This document shows, piece after piece, positions 1 to 9,414 of a DNA stretch of 64,000 bases. The position numbers were made by a program, and so were the translations under genes. Within the stretch, counting starts at the first letter, position 1. Each line of letters opens with the position of its first letter. The DNA is taken from positions 32,001 to 96,000 of the forward strand of contig CAWKBC010000021.1 in the NCBI GenBank assembly GCA_963847705.1, written 5' to 3'. The notes beneath the pieces were generated by a model that saw nothing but the letters and a program-made list of their open reading frames with translations, was not told the origin of the DNA and did no database searches. Source of the stretch: an uncultured Pseudomonadota bacterium (GTDB lineage: Bacteria > Myxococcota_A > Polyangia > Fen-1088).

Positions 1-38
1 TCGGTGATCTCGACGGGCTCGTCCACATTGGCGCTCAC
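1..38 (-). CDS. 5' end of a gene running off the window (VSANVDEPVEIT...)
   Basis: GTG at 38 opens a frame to the window edge; TATCAT -10-like hexamer 8 nt upstream (47-52). Only 12 codons visible. Confidence 0.35.
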   Translation of the reverse strand, partial: MSANVDEPVEIT

Positions 39-68
39 GGGCGCGCATGATAGCGCGCGCTCGCCCGA

Positions 69-125
69 TTAAAAGAGGCCGCCGCGCGCGGCCCGTGAGG
101 CGGCCGCCTCCGCGCCCATGGCCTC
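69..125 (-). terminator. Possible intrinsic terminator after malQ
   Basis: GAGGCC...GGCCTC inverted repeat (75-80/120-125) followed by TTTT on the minus strand, just downstream of the malQ stop. Confidence 0.3.
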
Positions 126-141
126 GCGAATCGGGCGGGGT

Positions 142-2040
142 CTATCTCTTGAGCACGCCGGCCAGCCGGCCGGGGAGCTCCATCTCCTCGATCTCCTCGA
201 GCGGCTTTTCCAGCGCCAGTGACCAGTTGGGCCACTCGTTGACGGTCCCCGGCAAGTTGGGGCGCTCGGGCGCAGCGACCGCGTCGTCGAGCGTGGCCAG
301 AAGGACGCGCGACGGCGCCTGCGCCAGCGCCCGGTGGGTCGATTCGATCACCGCCTCGACGGGCGCCTGCTCGTCGAGGTTGCCGAGCAGGCGCAGCTTC
401 TCGCGCAGCGCCTTGGTCCCGGCCTCGTTGGGGTCGATCCCGATCTGTTTTTGCGCCCTGGCGTCGAAGCCGCTCCAGAGGCCGGCGATGGTCGGCAGAT
501 CGTGGGTGGTGACGCTGGAGAGCGCCAGCTCCGGGAAGTGGTGCGGCGGCGCCGGCTCGAAGTAGAGCAGCCGGTACGACATCATCCGGTGGTGGTGCAG
601 CCGCTCGCGCACGCCCGGCTCGACGGTGCCGAGATCCTCGCCGATGATGAAGGCGCGCGCCCGCTCGCTCTCGAGCGCCACGATCGCCATCAGCTCGTCG
701 GCGCGCGCACGCACGTAGCTCCCCCGCTTGGTCCCGAGCGCCCGTGGGATCCAGAACAGGCGGAAGAGACCCATGACGTGGTCGATCCGCAGCCCGCCGA
801 CGTGCGAGAGCATCCCGCGGATCGTCTCGATGAAGGGCTGGTAGCGGGCGGCGCGCAGCCGGTGCGGGATGAAGGGCGTCAGCCCCCAGTCCTGGCCGGC
901 CGCGTTGAACTCGTCGGGCGGGGCGCCGACCGAGACGTCACGCGCCAGCAGGTCCTGCCAGCACCAGGCGTCGGCGCCGGCCACGTCGAGGCCGATCGGC
1001 AGGTCGTTGATGATGGCGATCGTCTGGGCGGCGCGGGCCAGCTGCGTGTCGAGCTGCCACTGCAGCCAGCTGTGAAAGGCGATGCGCCCGCCGTTGGCCT
1101 TGCGAAACACGGCGGCGCCGTCCCCGTCGGGTCGCCGCAGCGGCTCCGGCCACCTGCGCCAGTCCTTGCCGTGCAGCTCGGCGATCGCGCAGTAGGTGGA
1201 GAAGTCGGTCAGCGCCTGGCCTCTCCCCCGGCGGAACCAGTCGAACCCGTCTTCCTGGCCGCCCCGCTTTGCGAAGTCGGCGAAGATCGCCTCCAGCGCC
1301 TCCGTCTTCAGCTTGAAGATCGCGTCGCGGTCGATCTTGCGGGTGGCGTTCAACGCGCGCCCGGCGTTGCCGAGCCGTTCGCGCGTCCCTGCCTCCAGCC
1401 GCTCCCACCCCGGCACCTCCTCGACGCGCAGGAAGAGCGGGTTGGCGAACCGGCGGCTCGACGGGTAGTAGGGGGAGGGCTCGATCGGCAGCACCGGCGT
1501 CGGCGCCACCATCGGGTTCACCATCACCACGCCGCCGCCGAGCCGCCTGGTGAAGCGCCCGATGCGCGCCAGGTCGGCCAGGTCGCCGATCCCCCAGCTC
1601 TGCCGAGAGCGCGCGGCGTAGACCTGCGCCGCGAAGCCCCAGGTACGCAGGTCGTGGGGCAGGAAGCAGTGCCCCGGGCTGACGATCAGCGAGACGTCGC
1701 CCCCCTCGCCGTGCCCCTCGGGATGCAGGCGGTGGTAGCCGTGGGGCAGATCCCCCGGCAGCTCCCCCTCGACGACGCGGTGGCCCCCGTCCTCCAGCAC
1801 CAGATCGGCGCGGCCTTGCCACCTGCGGTCGCTGCCGGGGACCAGGACGCGCACCGCGTGCGAACCGTCGTTTTCGGGCGCCTCGGCGTGCGGATCGGCC
1901 CACATCGCGGCCTTGAGGGCGGCGCGCGTCTCGTCCGAGGTGGTGTGCGCGGCGCCGGCCGCGTCGTGGAAGCCGGCGACGATGCCGAACGGATCGGTCT
2001 CCGGGTGCTTGCGCCTGTCTTTGTCTTTATCTAGGGCCAT
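142..2040 (-). CDS. malQ: 4-alpha-glucanotransferase (amylomaltase, GH77)
   Basis: Motifs WGIGDLADL, SPYYPSSRRFANP, DLPIG, GAPPDEFNAAGQDWG, LRIDHVMG, IGEDLG, TTHDLPT. Start set at ATG 2040 (MALDKD), overlapping the upstream stop. Confidence 0.95.
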   Translation of the reverse strand: MALDKDKDRRKHPETDPFGIVAGFHDAAGAAHTTSDETRAALKAAMWADPHAEAPENDGSHAVRVLVPGSDRRWQGRADLVLEDGGHRVVEGELPGDLPHGYHRLHPEGHGEGGDVSLIVSPGHCFLPHDLRTWGFAAQVYAARSRQSWGIGDLADLARIGRFTRRLGGGVVMVNPMVAPTPVLPIEPSPYYPSSRRFANPLFLRVEEVPGWERLEAGTRERLGNAGRALNATRKIDRDAIFKLKTEALEAIFADFAKRGGQEDGFDWFRRGRGQALTDFSTYCAIAELHGKDWRRWPEPLRRPDGDGAAVFRKANGGRIAFHSWLQWQLDTQLARAAQTIAIINDLPIGLDVAGADAWCWQDLLARDVSVGAPPDEFNAAGQDWGLTPFIPHRLRAARYQPFIETIRGMLSHVGGLRIDHVMGLFRLFWIPRALGTKRGSYVRARADELMAIVALESERARAFIIGEDLGTVEPGVRERLHHHRMMSYRLLYFEPAPPHHFPELALSSVTTHDLPTIAGLWSGFDARAQKQIGIDPNEAGTKALREKLRLLGNLDEQAPVEAVIESTHRALAQAPSRVLLATLDDAVAAPERPNLPGTVNEWPNWSLALEKPLEEIEEMELPGRLAGVLKR

Positions 2041-2789
2041 GGGCGCGGGCGGCGGACGCGGAACGAGAGCTCGGTGAACAGCAGGCCGCGGAAGACCATG
2101 GCCCAGTTGATGAAGATCAGCATGACCGGTTCCAGCCAGCGGGGAATGGTGTTCAGCGTGCCGGTCAGGCCGTCGAGCGAGAACAGCGACTGGAAGGCCA
2201 TCAGCCGCATCGCCAGCGGTCCGTGCTGGATGAGGCCCGTCGGCGCCAGCAGCACCGCGGCCATGAGGACGCTCGGCGCCAGCCACTCGGGCCAGTGCGC
2301 GGAGATGAACCGCGCCGCCTCCATCAAGAGCCCGAACGAGCGGGTGCGTCCCCCGCCCAGGTAGATCATCTCGGGGATCGGGTTGAAGAAGACCACCATC
2401 GTCAGGTCGACCAGGACGAAGATGATCGTGCCGCGATCGCCGAAGCTGCGGGCCACCACGCTGACGACCAGCTGGATGACCCAGGTCGCGAACATGACGC
2501 TGATGACGTCGCTGAAGTGCGCCAGGAAACTATCGCGAAAGTCGCCGAAGCCGATCTTGCGTCCGGCCACCGCCAGCCCGACCAGGTTGAGATAGCTGGA
2601 GGCGAGAAAGGCGATCAGGAACGCCAGCAGGAAGCCGCCCAGCATTCCCCCGCCCCCACCCAGCGAGCCCAGCAACCCACCTCCGATCTGTAGGAGCGCC
2701 GCATACAGCGGCAACACCACGGCCGCCGGCCAACCCCGCAACGCCAGGCGGATCGCTTTTCCCGCGAGGCGTGCGTAGAGCTTCAGCAT
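2031..2789 (-). CDS. Hypothetical polytopic membrane protein
   Basis: MLKLYARLAGK... with about 6 hydrophobic segments and an FFNPIPEMIY motif; stop overlaps the malQ start; TATCAT 6 nt upstream of the ATG. Confidence 0.8.
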   Translation of the reverse strand: MLKLYARLAGKAIRLALRGWPAAVVLPLYAALLQIGGGLLGSLGGGGGMLGGFLLAFLIAFLASSYLNLVGLAVAGRKIGFGDFRDSFLAHFSDVISVMFATWVIQLVVSVVARSFGDRGTIIFVLVDLTMVVFFNPIPEMIYLGGGRTRSFGLLMEAARFISAHWPEWLAPSVLMAAVLLAPTGLIQHGPLAMRLMAFQSLFSLDGLTGTLNTIPRWLEPVMLIFINWAMVFRGLLFTELSFRVRRPRPWP

Positions 2790-2816
2790 CGGGGGATGAT
2801 ACCTTAGCCGGCGCTC

Positions 2817-4844
2817 ATGGCGTCGCACGGCCGATACACGATCCTCGGAAAGCTGGCCGACGGCGGCATGGCCGAGATCTTCCTGGCCGTCCAGCACGGG
2901 GCCGAGGGGTTCGAGAAGCAGGTCGTCCTGAAGCGCATCCTCACCCAGTATTCCGCGGATCCGCAGTTCCGCAACATGCTGCTCGACGAGGCGCACATCT
3001 CGATGACCCTGCAGCACGGGAGCATCGTGCAGGTCCTGGATCTCGGGGTGGCGGCCGGGCGCTACTTCCTGGCGCTGGAGCTGGTCGACGGCTGGGACCT
3101 CGAGAAGATCCTCCAGCGCGCCTACAAGGCGGAGATGGTCTTTCCGACCGCGCTCGGCCTCTATGTCGTGGCCGAGGTCTGCCGGGCGCTCGCCTACGCC
3201 CACGGCAAGAGCCGCGACGGCAAACCGCTGGGGATCGTCCACCGCGACATCAGCCCGAACAACGTGCTCCTGAGCGGCGAGGGGGAGGTGAAGCTGGCCG
3301 ACTTCGGCATCGCCAAGGCCCAGCGCAAGCGCGAGCAGACTGCCGCCGGCGTCATCAAGGGCAAGGTCGCTTACATGTCCCCGGAGCAGGCTCGGGGCGA
3401 GGCGATCGATCGCCGGTCGGACATCTTCTCCGTCGGGTCGATGCTGTACCGGATGATGACCGACCGGCTGCCCTTCGAGGCCAACAACGACCTCGAGTCG
3501 CTGCTGCGGGTGCAAAAGGCGGAATTCCCCCCGCCCGAGGAGGCCAAGCCGGGCCTCGGCGCCTCGGTGGCGGCGATCATCCGGCGGGCGATGCGCCTCC
3601 AGCCGGCGGAGCGTTATCAGACGGCCGAGGAGATGCTGGTCGAGGTAGAGCGGGTGCTGCGCACCGAGTTCCACTCGGCCGGACAGACGGAGCTCAAGTC
3701 CTGGCTGGTGCAGCTGGGGCGCCGCGACAACGCGCCGTCGATCGGGCGGGCGCCGCGCGACGAGGCGGGCGTGGTGAAGGACATCGTGGGGACCGATCTG
3801 TCGATCGGGACCTCGTTCGAGCTGCGCGATCTCGATCTGTCGTCCGAGCAGACCGAGCTGCAACGCGGGCGCACCCCCTCGCCCGAGCCCAAGCCCTTCC
3901 CGGGGGGAAGTCTCAAGGAGCCGCCGCCGCTGCCCCGCAGCGGCCACACCGCCGAGATCGCCAAGCCGGGGGCGAACCCGCCCGCGCGGAGCCGCTCAGG
4001 CGGGTTCTGGTTGGGCGTCATCCTCACCCTCGGCGCGGTGGTGGGGGCCCGGTACGTCTGGGTCTGGGCAGAAAACAGGGGCGTGATGACCGCGCTCGGC
4101 CTTGGTGGAAAAGACGGCAGTGACGGCAAGGCGCGGGCGCCGTCCGCGCCGGCGCCCGCACCTGCGGAACCGGTGGGACCGTCGGCATCGCCCACACCGC
4201 CGTCGAACGCGGCTCAGCCCGGGCAGCCTGCGCAGCCGGCACAGGTCCCTTCGGCCCCGGCGGCCACTGCGGACAAGACGCTGGCCGACGCCGCCTCCCC
4301 GGCCGTTACGGCGCGGGCCGTCGCCGGGGGCTCCCCGGACGCGCATCCGGCCGCTGCGGAGGCGCAGGCCGCCGAGCAGAAGCCGTTGCCCTCGGGTCCG
4401 CCGGCGGAGAAGACCGGGGAGGGGGCGGACACCGACGAGGAGGCGCTGCTCCGCAAGGCGGTGCCGAACGCCGAGAACGCGGTCATCGGCGAGGACGAAG
4501 CGGAAGCAGAGCCGACGACGGCCGCCAAATCGAAGCCGGCCGCCAAGTCCCACGCCACGCCTGGAAAACCGGCTCCCGAGGTCCCGCGGGTCGAGACCGC
4601 GATCCTGCATTTCACCAGCGTGCCGGCCGGCGCGGTGGTGAAGACCAAGGCGCGCGTGCTCGGCCGCACGCCGATCGCGCTGCACTTCAAGACCGGCAAC
4701 ACCTACGAGATCGTCCTCGTCAAGCGCGGCTACGAGCCGGCGACGCGCAAGGTGGCCGTCCGCGACACGAAGGATCGCAAGCTGGCCGTGACGCTGAAGA
4801 AGACGCCGCCCCCCAAGCACACGTTCTTCCACCCTCACCGATGA
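2817..4844 (+). CDS. Membrane Ser/Thr protein kinase with Pro/Ala-rich linker and C-terminal PEGA-like domain
   Basis: LADGGMAEIF, VVLKR, HRDISPNNVLL, DFGIAK, YMSPEQ motifs; one TM helix (FWLGVILTLGAVVG); FTSVPAGAVV...GRTP PEGA signature. Confidence 0.95.
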   Translation: MASHGRYTILGKLADGGMAEIFLAVQHGAEGFEKQVVLKRILTQYSADPQFRNMLLDEAHISMTLQHGSIVQVLDLGVAAGRYFLALELVDGWDLEKILQRAYKAEMVFPTALGLYVVAEVCRALAYAHGKSRDGKPLGIVHRDISPNNVLLSGEGEVKLADFGIAKAQRKREQTAAGVIKGKVAYMSPEQARGEAIDRRSDIFSVGSMLYRMMTDRLPFEANNDLESLLRVQKAEFPPPEEAKPGLGASVAAIIRRAMRLQPAERYQTAEEMLVEVERVLRTEFHSAGQTELKSWLVQLGRRDNAPSIGRAPRDEAGVVKDIVGTDLSIGTSFELRDLDLSSEQTELQRGRTPSPEPKPFPGGSLKEPPPLPRSGHTAEIAKPGANPPARSRSGGFWLGVILTLGAVVGARYVWVWAENRGVMTALGLGGKDGSDGKARAPSAPAPAPAEPVGPSASPTPPSNAAQPGQPAQPAQVPSAPAATADKTLADAASPAVTARAVAGGSPDAHPAAAEAQAAEQKPLPSGPPAEKTGEGADTDEEALLRKAVPNAENAVIGEDEAEAEPTTAAKSKPAAKSHATPGKPAPEVPRVETAILHFTSVPAGAVVKTKARVLGRTPIALHFKTGNTYEIVLVKRGYEPATRKVAVRDTKDRKLAVTLKKTPPPKHTFFHPHR

Positions 4845-6511
4845 GAACGGCGGGCTGGAAGGCCGCGCCGCCACGCGCGCCCTCGGTCGGCCTGCTGGCG
4901 GTCGCCGTCCTGGCGGCGGCGCTGGTCGGTCCGGCGCGCGCGGACGGCGCCCAGGGCTCGGAGGCCGACATCGATGCCCTGCGCGCCTCCGCGCTGGCGG
5001 CGATCGCGCGTGCGCGTGCCGCCGGCGGGTCGGAGGTCGTCCGCGAGGTGACGCTGCCGTCGATCGAGCGCCTGGTGGCCGACGCCGATCTCCGCCGCGC
5101 GTCGATCACCAAGCCGGCCCGCGACGAGGCCTTCGTGCGCGACACGCTGACGACCGCGCGTGCCTACGCCGAGCGGGTCGCCAGGGGGGACGATCCTTAC
5201 CGGACGGCCACCGGCGAGCTGGTGAAGGCCTACCGCGCCGGCTGGGACGGGACGCTGCAACCCTACGCGCTCTACGTGCCGCGCGGCTACGACGGCCCCA
5301 GAAAGAATGCAGACAAGACTGCAGACAAGAAGGCGTCCGCTCCGGCCTCCTGGCCGCTGGTCGTGGCGCTGCACGGCGCGCTGTCGGACCACAAGCACAA
5401 CCTGCGGCGGGTGTTCGGGCTCGACAACCGGCCGGGCGAGACGGACGCCGAGGCCTCCCGCAACCAGCTCCCGCTCCCCGACGTCCCGGCGTTCGTCGTC
5501 TCGCCGCTGGGCCGCGGCGAGATGATGGGCTACGACGGCCTCGGCTACGACGACGTCATGCGGGTGATCGCCGACGTTCGCCGCGCCTATCCGATCGATC
5601 CGGACCGGATCACGCTCACCGGCCTTTCGATGGGGGGCGGCGGGACCTGGGCGATTGGCCTGCGCCATCCCGAGCTCTTCGCCGCGCTGGCGCCTGTCTG
5701 CGCCGTCGCCGACTTCCGGCGCATGGTCCAACCGGCCGACGCCGCCCTCTACGATCTGGCGCGGCTCGCCGCGCTGTCGCCGCCGGAGCTCGCCGCGAAC
5801 GCCGCTCACCAGCAGGTCTTCATCTTTCACGGCGACAAGGATCCGATCGTCCCGGTCGAGGATTCGCGCCAGATGGCCGCGCGCTTCGAGGCGCTCGGCT
5901 GGCTGGGCAAGAACGTCCACTACACCGAGTATCCGGGCGTCCAGCACGCGGCCTGGATTCCCGCCTACAAGGACGCCGAGCTCTTGAAGATGCTCGCCAC
6001 GATCAAGCGCGATCCGGCCGCGCCCAGGACGCCGCTCTCGCCGCCGCCCCCGGGCGAGGCGATCCCGGGTCTGGCCAGCAAGAGCGTTCCCCGCCAGCAC
6101 CCGCACCTCTACGTCTACGGCACGAACGGTCCGCCCGAGGCGGTGGCCGCGGCGCGCGCGCTGGCCAACGCCCTGGCCGACTGGGGGCCGATGATCGCGG
6201 CGAAATTCGCGGTCAAGAGCGACCGGGAGGTGACGGCCGGCGATCGCGCGCGGTTCAACCTGGTGCTGGTCGGCGCGGCGCCGCTCAACACGCTCGTCCG
6301 CGGGCTCCCCCTCCCGATGCAGGACGCGCGCCCGCTCGGCGATCGCGCCTTCCGGGCCCAGGTGCCCGACGCGCGCGCCCCCAGCCGGTACGGGCTGGTC
6401 TTTGGCGCCCTCACGCCACGCGGCTTCGCGCGGCTGCAGCGCTTCGCCCGCCACAACCGCGACGCCTGGACCCCCGAGAGCAACCGTTCGTTCACGTTGT
6501 TCGACAACTAG
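4841..6511 (+). CDS. Secreted alpha/beta hydrolase (esterase / S9 peptidase-like)
   Basis: Signal peptide; QPYALYVP, LVVALHG, GLSMGG nucleophile elbow, FHGDKDPIVP, YTEYPGVQH. ATGA overlap with the kinase stop. Confidence 0.88.
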   Translation: MRTAGWKAAPPRAPSVGLLAVAVLAAALVGPARADGAQGSEADIDALRASALAAIARARAAGGSEVVREVTLPSIERLVADADLRRASITKPARDEAFVRDTLTTARAYAERVARGDDPYRTATGELVKAYRAGWDGTLQPYALYVPRGYDGPRKNADKTADKKASAPASWPLVVALHGALSDHKHNLRRVFGLDNRPGETDAEASRNQLPLPDVPAFVVSPLGRGEMMGYDGLGYDDVMRVIADVRRAYPIDPDRITLTGLSMGGGGTWAIGLRHPELFAALAPVCAVADFRRMVQPADAALYDLARLAALSPPELAANAAHQQVFIFHGDKDPIVPVEDSRQMAARFEALGWLGKNVHYTEYPGVQHAAWIPAYKDAELLKMLATIKRDPAAPRTPLSPPPPGEAIPGLASKSVPRQHPHLYVYGTNGPPEAVAAARALANALADWGPMIAAKFAVKSDREVTAGDRARFNLVLVGAAPLNTLVRGLPLPMQDARPLGDRAFRAQVPDARAPSRYGLVFGALTPRGFARLQRFARHNRDAWTPESNRSFTLFDN

Positions 6512-6599
6512 CGCGCCAGGTGGCCTCGCCAAGCGGCCAGCTGAGAGAGGCAAGCTTGTGAACAATCGCATATTGACCGCAGCCGGGGAGGACGAAACA

Positions 6600-7994
6600 A
6601 TGCTGACAGGAGGCCGAATGATGGCGTCGAGAGGCGTACTGGTGGCGGCTCTGGCCGCGGGCGCGCTGGCCGGGAGTGGTTGCGGCAGCGGTGGCCACGA
6701 AGCCGTGGTGATGGTGATCGACGAGGGGATCGATCTCACCGCAGCCGATCTGCAGGGCAAGGTCGTGGCCAGCTACACGGAGACCTGCGTCGACGACTCC
6801 TCGGGCGGCGGAGGCTACGACGCGGGCGCGGTCGACGGCGGTGGTCTCTCGTTCGCCATGCTCAAGCAGATGTACCTGGCGGCCCTGTCGCAGCCTGACG
6901 ACAGCTGCCACTTGAGCTCCGGCATCAGCGCCAAGGCCGATCCGCTGGCCGTCGTCGCCCAGTTCAAGAGCCGCTGGAACGCGATGGTCCGCGCGAACCA
7001 GACGCCCTCCGACGTCTTCAGCGCCAGCGAGATCGCCCAGCTGACGGGCCCCGTCGACGCCGAGCTCTTCGGCGCCTTCAACTATCACGGCACCGCCACC
7101 TCCAGCACCGTCGCCCATGAAAACGGGAACGTCCAGTTGGTGCTGGTCGAGCGCCAGCTGGCGTCGGAGGGATCGCTGCAGACCAACTTCCCCTGCATCG
7201 CGCAGGCGGACATCGACCAGGTGGTCGAGCTGTTGAACGATCCGCAGGTCTACGCCGCCTCGGTCAACCAGCCCGCCCAGATCGACGGCGAGCTGGCAGA
7301 CGCTCAGGCCACGCACCACGTCCAGATCGTCAACGAGAGCTTCGGGGCCGAATCGCGCCAGACGCTGGAGATGTTGCAGCAGCAGAATTGCCCGAACAGC
7401 GTCGACCTCTCGGCCTACTTCGCGCTCATCGACAAGGAGACGATCGACCACAACGCCACCATCGGTGGACCGTCGCTCCTCACCGTTCAGGCGGCCGGCA
7501 ACGACGGGGTGAAGATCGACACCGGCAGCGACTCGCTCTCCTGCGACCTCGGCGATCCGAAGGCGCTGCTGGTCGGCGCCTACAACCCAGAGACGCTGGT
7601 CCAGAACACGTTTTCCAATTACGGCGCCTGCGTGAACGTCTACGCTCCGGGGCAGGCGATCGTCGTCGACTACGCGGGCGGGTGGGTGACCTGGGCCAGC
7701 GGCACCAGCTTCTCCTCGCCGTTGACCGCCCGCCTGGCCTCGATGACGGCGGCCACGCCGTTCGATCCGACGGCCGCGCGTACGGCGATCGTCGCCAAGG
7801 CCGACCCGACGACCCAGTTTCTGCCGGTGGGGCTGTTCCCCGGCGACTTCTTCTACGTCCCGGGGACGCAGTATCCGGAGTTCGCCGTCCCCGCGGTCGC
7901 CGCCAGGGCCGCGCCACCCCACCGTCCCCCCACCGAGTACGAGCTGCACCGGGTCTTCGGACCGCTCAACCGCCTGAAGCGCCTGCGTCCGTGA
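6600..7994 (+). CDS. S8 (subtilisin-like) serine peptidase, lipoprotein
   Basis: Lipobox-like LAGSGC; catalytic motifs VIDEGID, HGT, AAGND, GTSFSSP; FSNYG. Start could be 6618 or 6621. Confidence 0.85.
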   Translation: MLTGGRMMASRGVLVAALAAGALAGSGCGSGGHEAVVMVIDEGIDLTAADLQGKVVASYTETCVDDSSGGGGYDAGAVDGGGLSFAMLKQMYLAALSQPDDSCHLSSGISAKADPLAVVAQFKSRWNAMVRANQTPSDVFSASEIAQLTGPVDAELFGAFNYHGTATSSTVAHENGNVQLVLVERQLASEGSLQTNFPCIAQADIDQVVELLNDPQVYAASVNQPAQIDGELADAQATHHVQIVNESFGAESRQTLEMLQQQNCPNSVDLSAYFALIDKETIDHNATIGGPSLLTVQAAGNDGVKIDTGSDSLSCDLGDPKALLVGAYNPETLVQNTFSNYGACVNVYAPGQAIVVDYAGGWVTWASGTSFSSPLTARLASMTAATPFDPTAARTAIVAKADPTTQFLPVGLFPGDFFYVPGTQYPEFAVPAVAARAAPPHRPPTEYELHRVFGPLNRLKRLRP

Positions 7995-8080
7995 GGAGGA
8001 CCGGCCACTCCGTCTTGACCTCGATTTAACCTTCGAGCGGGGTCGAAAAGCTTGGGCGACCGGCCTATACTGCCGCGTCT

Positions 8081-9154
8081 ATGGCGAATCTGAAGCTGAA
8101 ACCTGGGGTCATCACCGGCAACGCTCTCAAGGAGGTCTTTGCTTACTGCAAGGAGGTCCATGCGGCGATGCCGGCGGTCAACGTGATCGGCTCGCACTCC
8201 GCGAACGCCGCGATGGCGGCGGCCAAGGAGGCCAAGGCGCCGGTCATCGTGCAGCTCTCGCACACCGGGTCGCAGTTCTACGGCGGCAAGACGCTGGACA
8301 ACAGCCAGCAGCAGGCCTCGATCGCCGGCTCGATCGCCGGCGCGCACCACGTCCGGACGCTGGCCAAGGTCTACGGCGTGCCGGTCATCCTGCACACCGA
8401 CCACTGCGCCAAGAAGATCCTCCCCTGGGTCGAGGGGGTCATCGCCGCGGGCGAGGAGTACTTCGCGCGCAACGGCGAGCCGCTCTTCAGCTCGCACATG
8501 CTGGACCTCTCGGAGCAGCCGCTGGCCGAGAACATCGACATCAGCGCCCGCACGCTGACCCGCATCGCCAAGATGAACATGACGCTGGAGATCGAGCTGG
8601 GGATCACCGGCGGCGAAGAGGACGGCGTCGACAACTCCGGCGCCGATCACTCCAAGCTCTACACCAGCCCCGAGGATGTGCTGAAGGCCTACGACGTCCT
8701 CAACCCGATCGGCAGCTTCACCGTCGCCGCGGCGTTCGGGAACACGCACGGCGTCTACGCCCCGGGCAACGTCAAGCTGAAGCCGACCATCCTGCGCGAC
8801 TCGCAGAAGTTCATTCAGGAGCAGCGCAAGACCGGTCCCCATCCGGTGAACTTCGTCTTTCACGGCGGCTCCGGCTCGTCGCCCGAGGAGATCAGCGAGG
8901 CGGTCTCCTACGGCGTGGTGAAGATGAACATCGACACCGACACCCAGTGGGCCTTCACCCACCCCATCAAGCAGTTCATGGACGAAAAGGGCGCCTACCT
9001 GATGTCCCAGATCGGCAACCCCGAGGGTCCCGACAAGCCGAACAAGAAGTACATCGACCCGCGCGGGTGGCTGCACATCGGCGAAAAGGGGATCACCGCT
9101 CGGCTGGTCCAGGCGTTCAAAGAGCTGGGCGCCTTCGGCAAGTTCGAGTTTTAG
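8081..9154 (+). CDS. fbaA: Class II fructose-bisphosphate aldolase
   Basis: LHTDHC, FSSHMLDLS, GGEEDGVDN, FGNTHGVY, FHGGSG, VKMNIDTD, PNKKYIDPR motifs. Confidence 0.97.
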   Translation: MANLKLKPGVITGNALKEVFAYCKEVHAAMPAVNVIGSHSANAAMAAAKEAKAPVIVQLSHTGSQFYGGKTLDNSQQQASIAGSIAGAHHVRTLAKVYGVPVILHTDHCAKKILPWVEGVIAAGEEYFARNGEPLFSSHMLDLSEQPLAENIDISARTLTRIAKMNMTLEIELGITGGEEDGVDNSGADHSKLYTSPEDVLKAYDVLNPIGSFTVAAAFGNTHGVYAPGNVKLKPTILRDSQKFIQEQRKTGPHPVNFVFHGGSGSSPEEISEAVSYGVVKMNIDTDTQWAFTHPIKQFMDEKGAYLMSQIGNPEGPDKPNKKYIDPRGWLHIGEKGITARLVQAFKELGAFGKFEF

Positions 9155-9158
9155 AACA

Positions 9159-9182
9159 CAGGAACCCCTGGGAGGGTTCCTG
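9159..9182 (+). terminator. Hairpin after fbaA (probable terminator)
   Basis: Perfect 9-bp stem CAGGAACCC/GGGTTCCTG 4 nt after the stop; the T-tract is weak and displaced. Confidence 0.5.
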
Positions 9183-9414
9183 CGACCTCCGCTTTTCAGC
9201 GCGAGAATCGCGGCCATGCGCGGTACGTGTGATCGCCAGCACCTGTAAGTGGAGGTGTTCTTTCAGATTTTTCTATGAGGCGGGTCTGAGTGGGTGAGCG
9301 GACGGGGAACGTGGTCCCGTCCGGCCCCCTCATGAGCCTCGCCTCAATCACACCGTTCGTCCGTCCGATGTCTGGGGCGCGAGGCTCGCTATTTTTTTGG
9401 CGAAGGAGCAGCTC

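Noticed and set aside
334-2034. Long antisense and alternative-frame ORFs here and throughout (e.g. 15910-18408, 34624-36897, 53068-55821)
   Set aside because: They are Arg/Pro/Gly-rich shadows of real genes, expected at high GC, and carry no family motifs.
5308-5331. Short in-frame duplications (ADKTADKK; also DNADNADKVDKA near 13115-13150)
   Set aside because: Ordinary linker slippage with the reading frame preserved.
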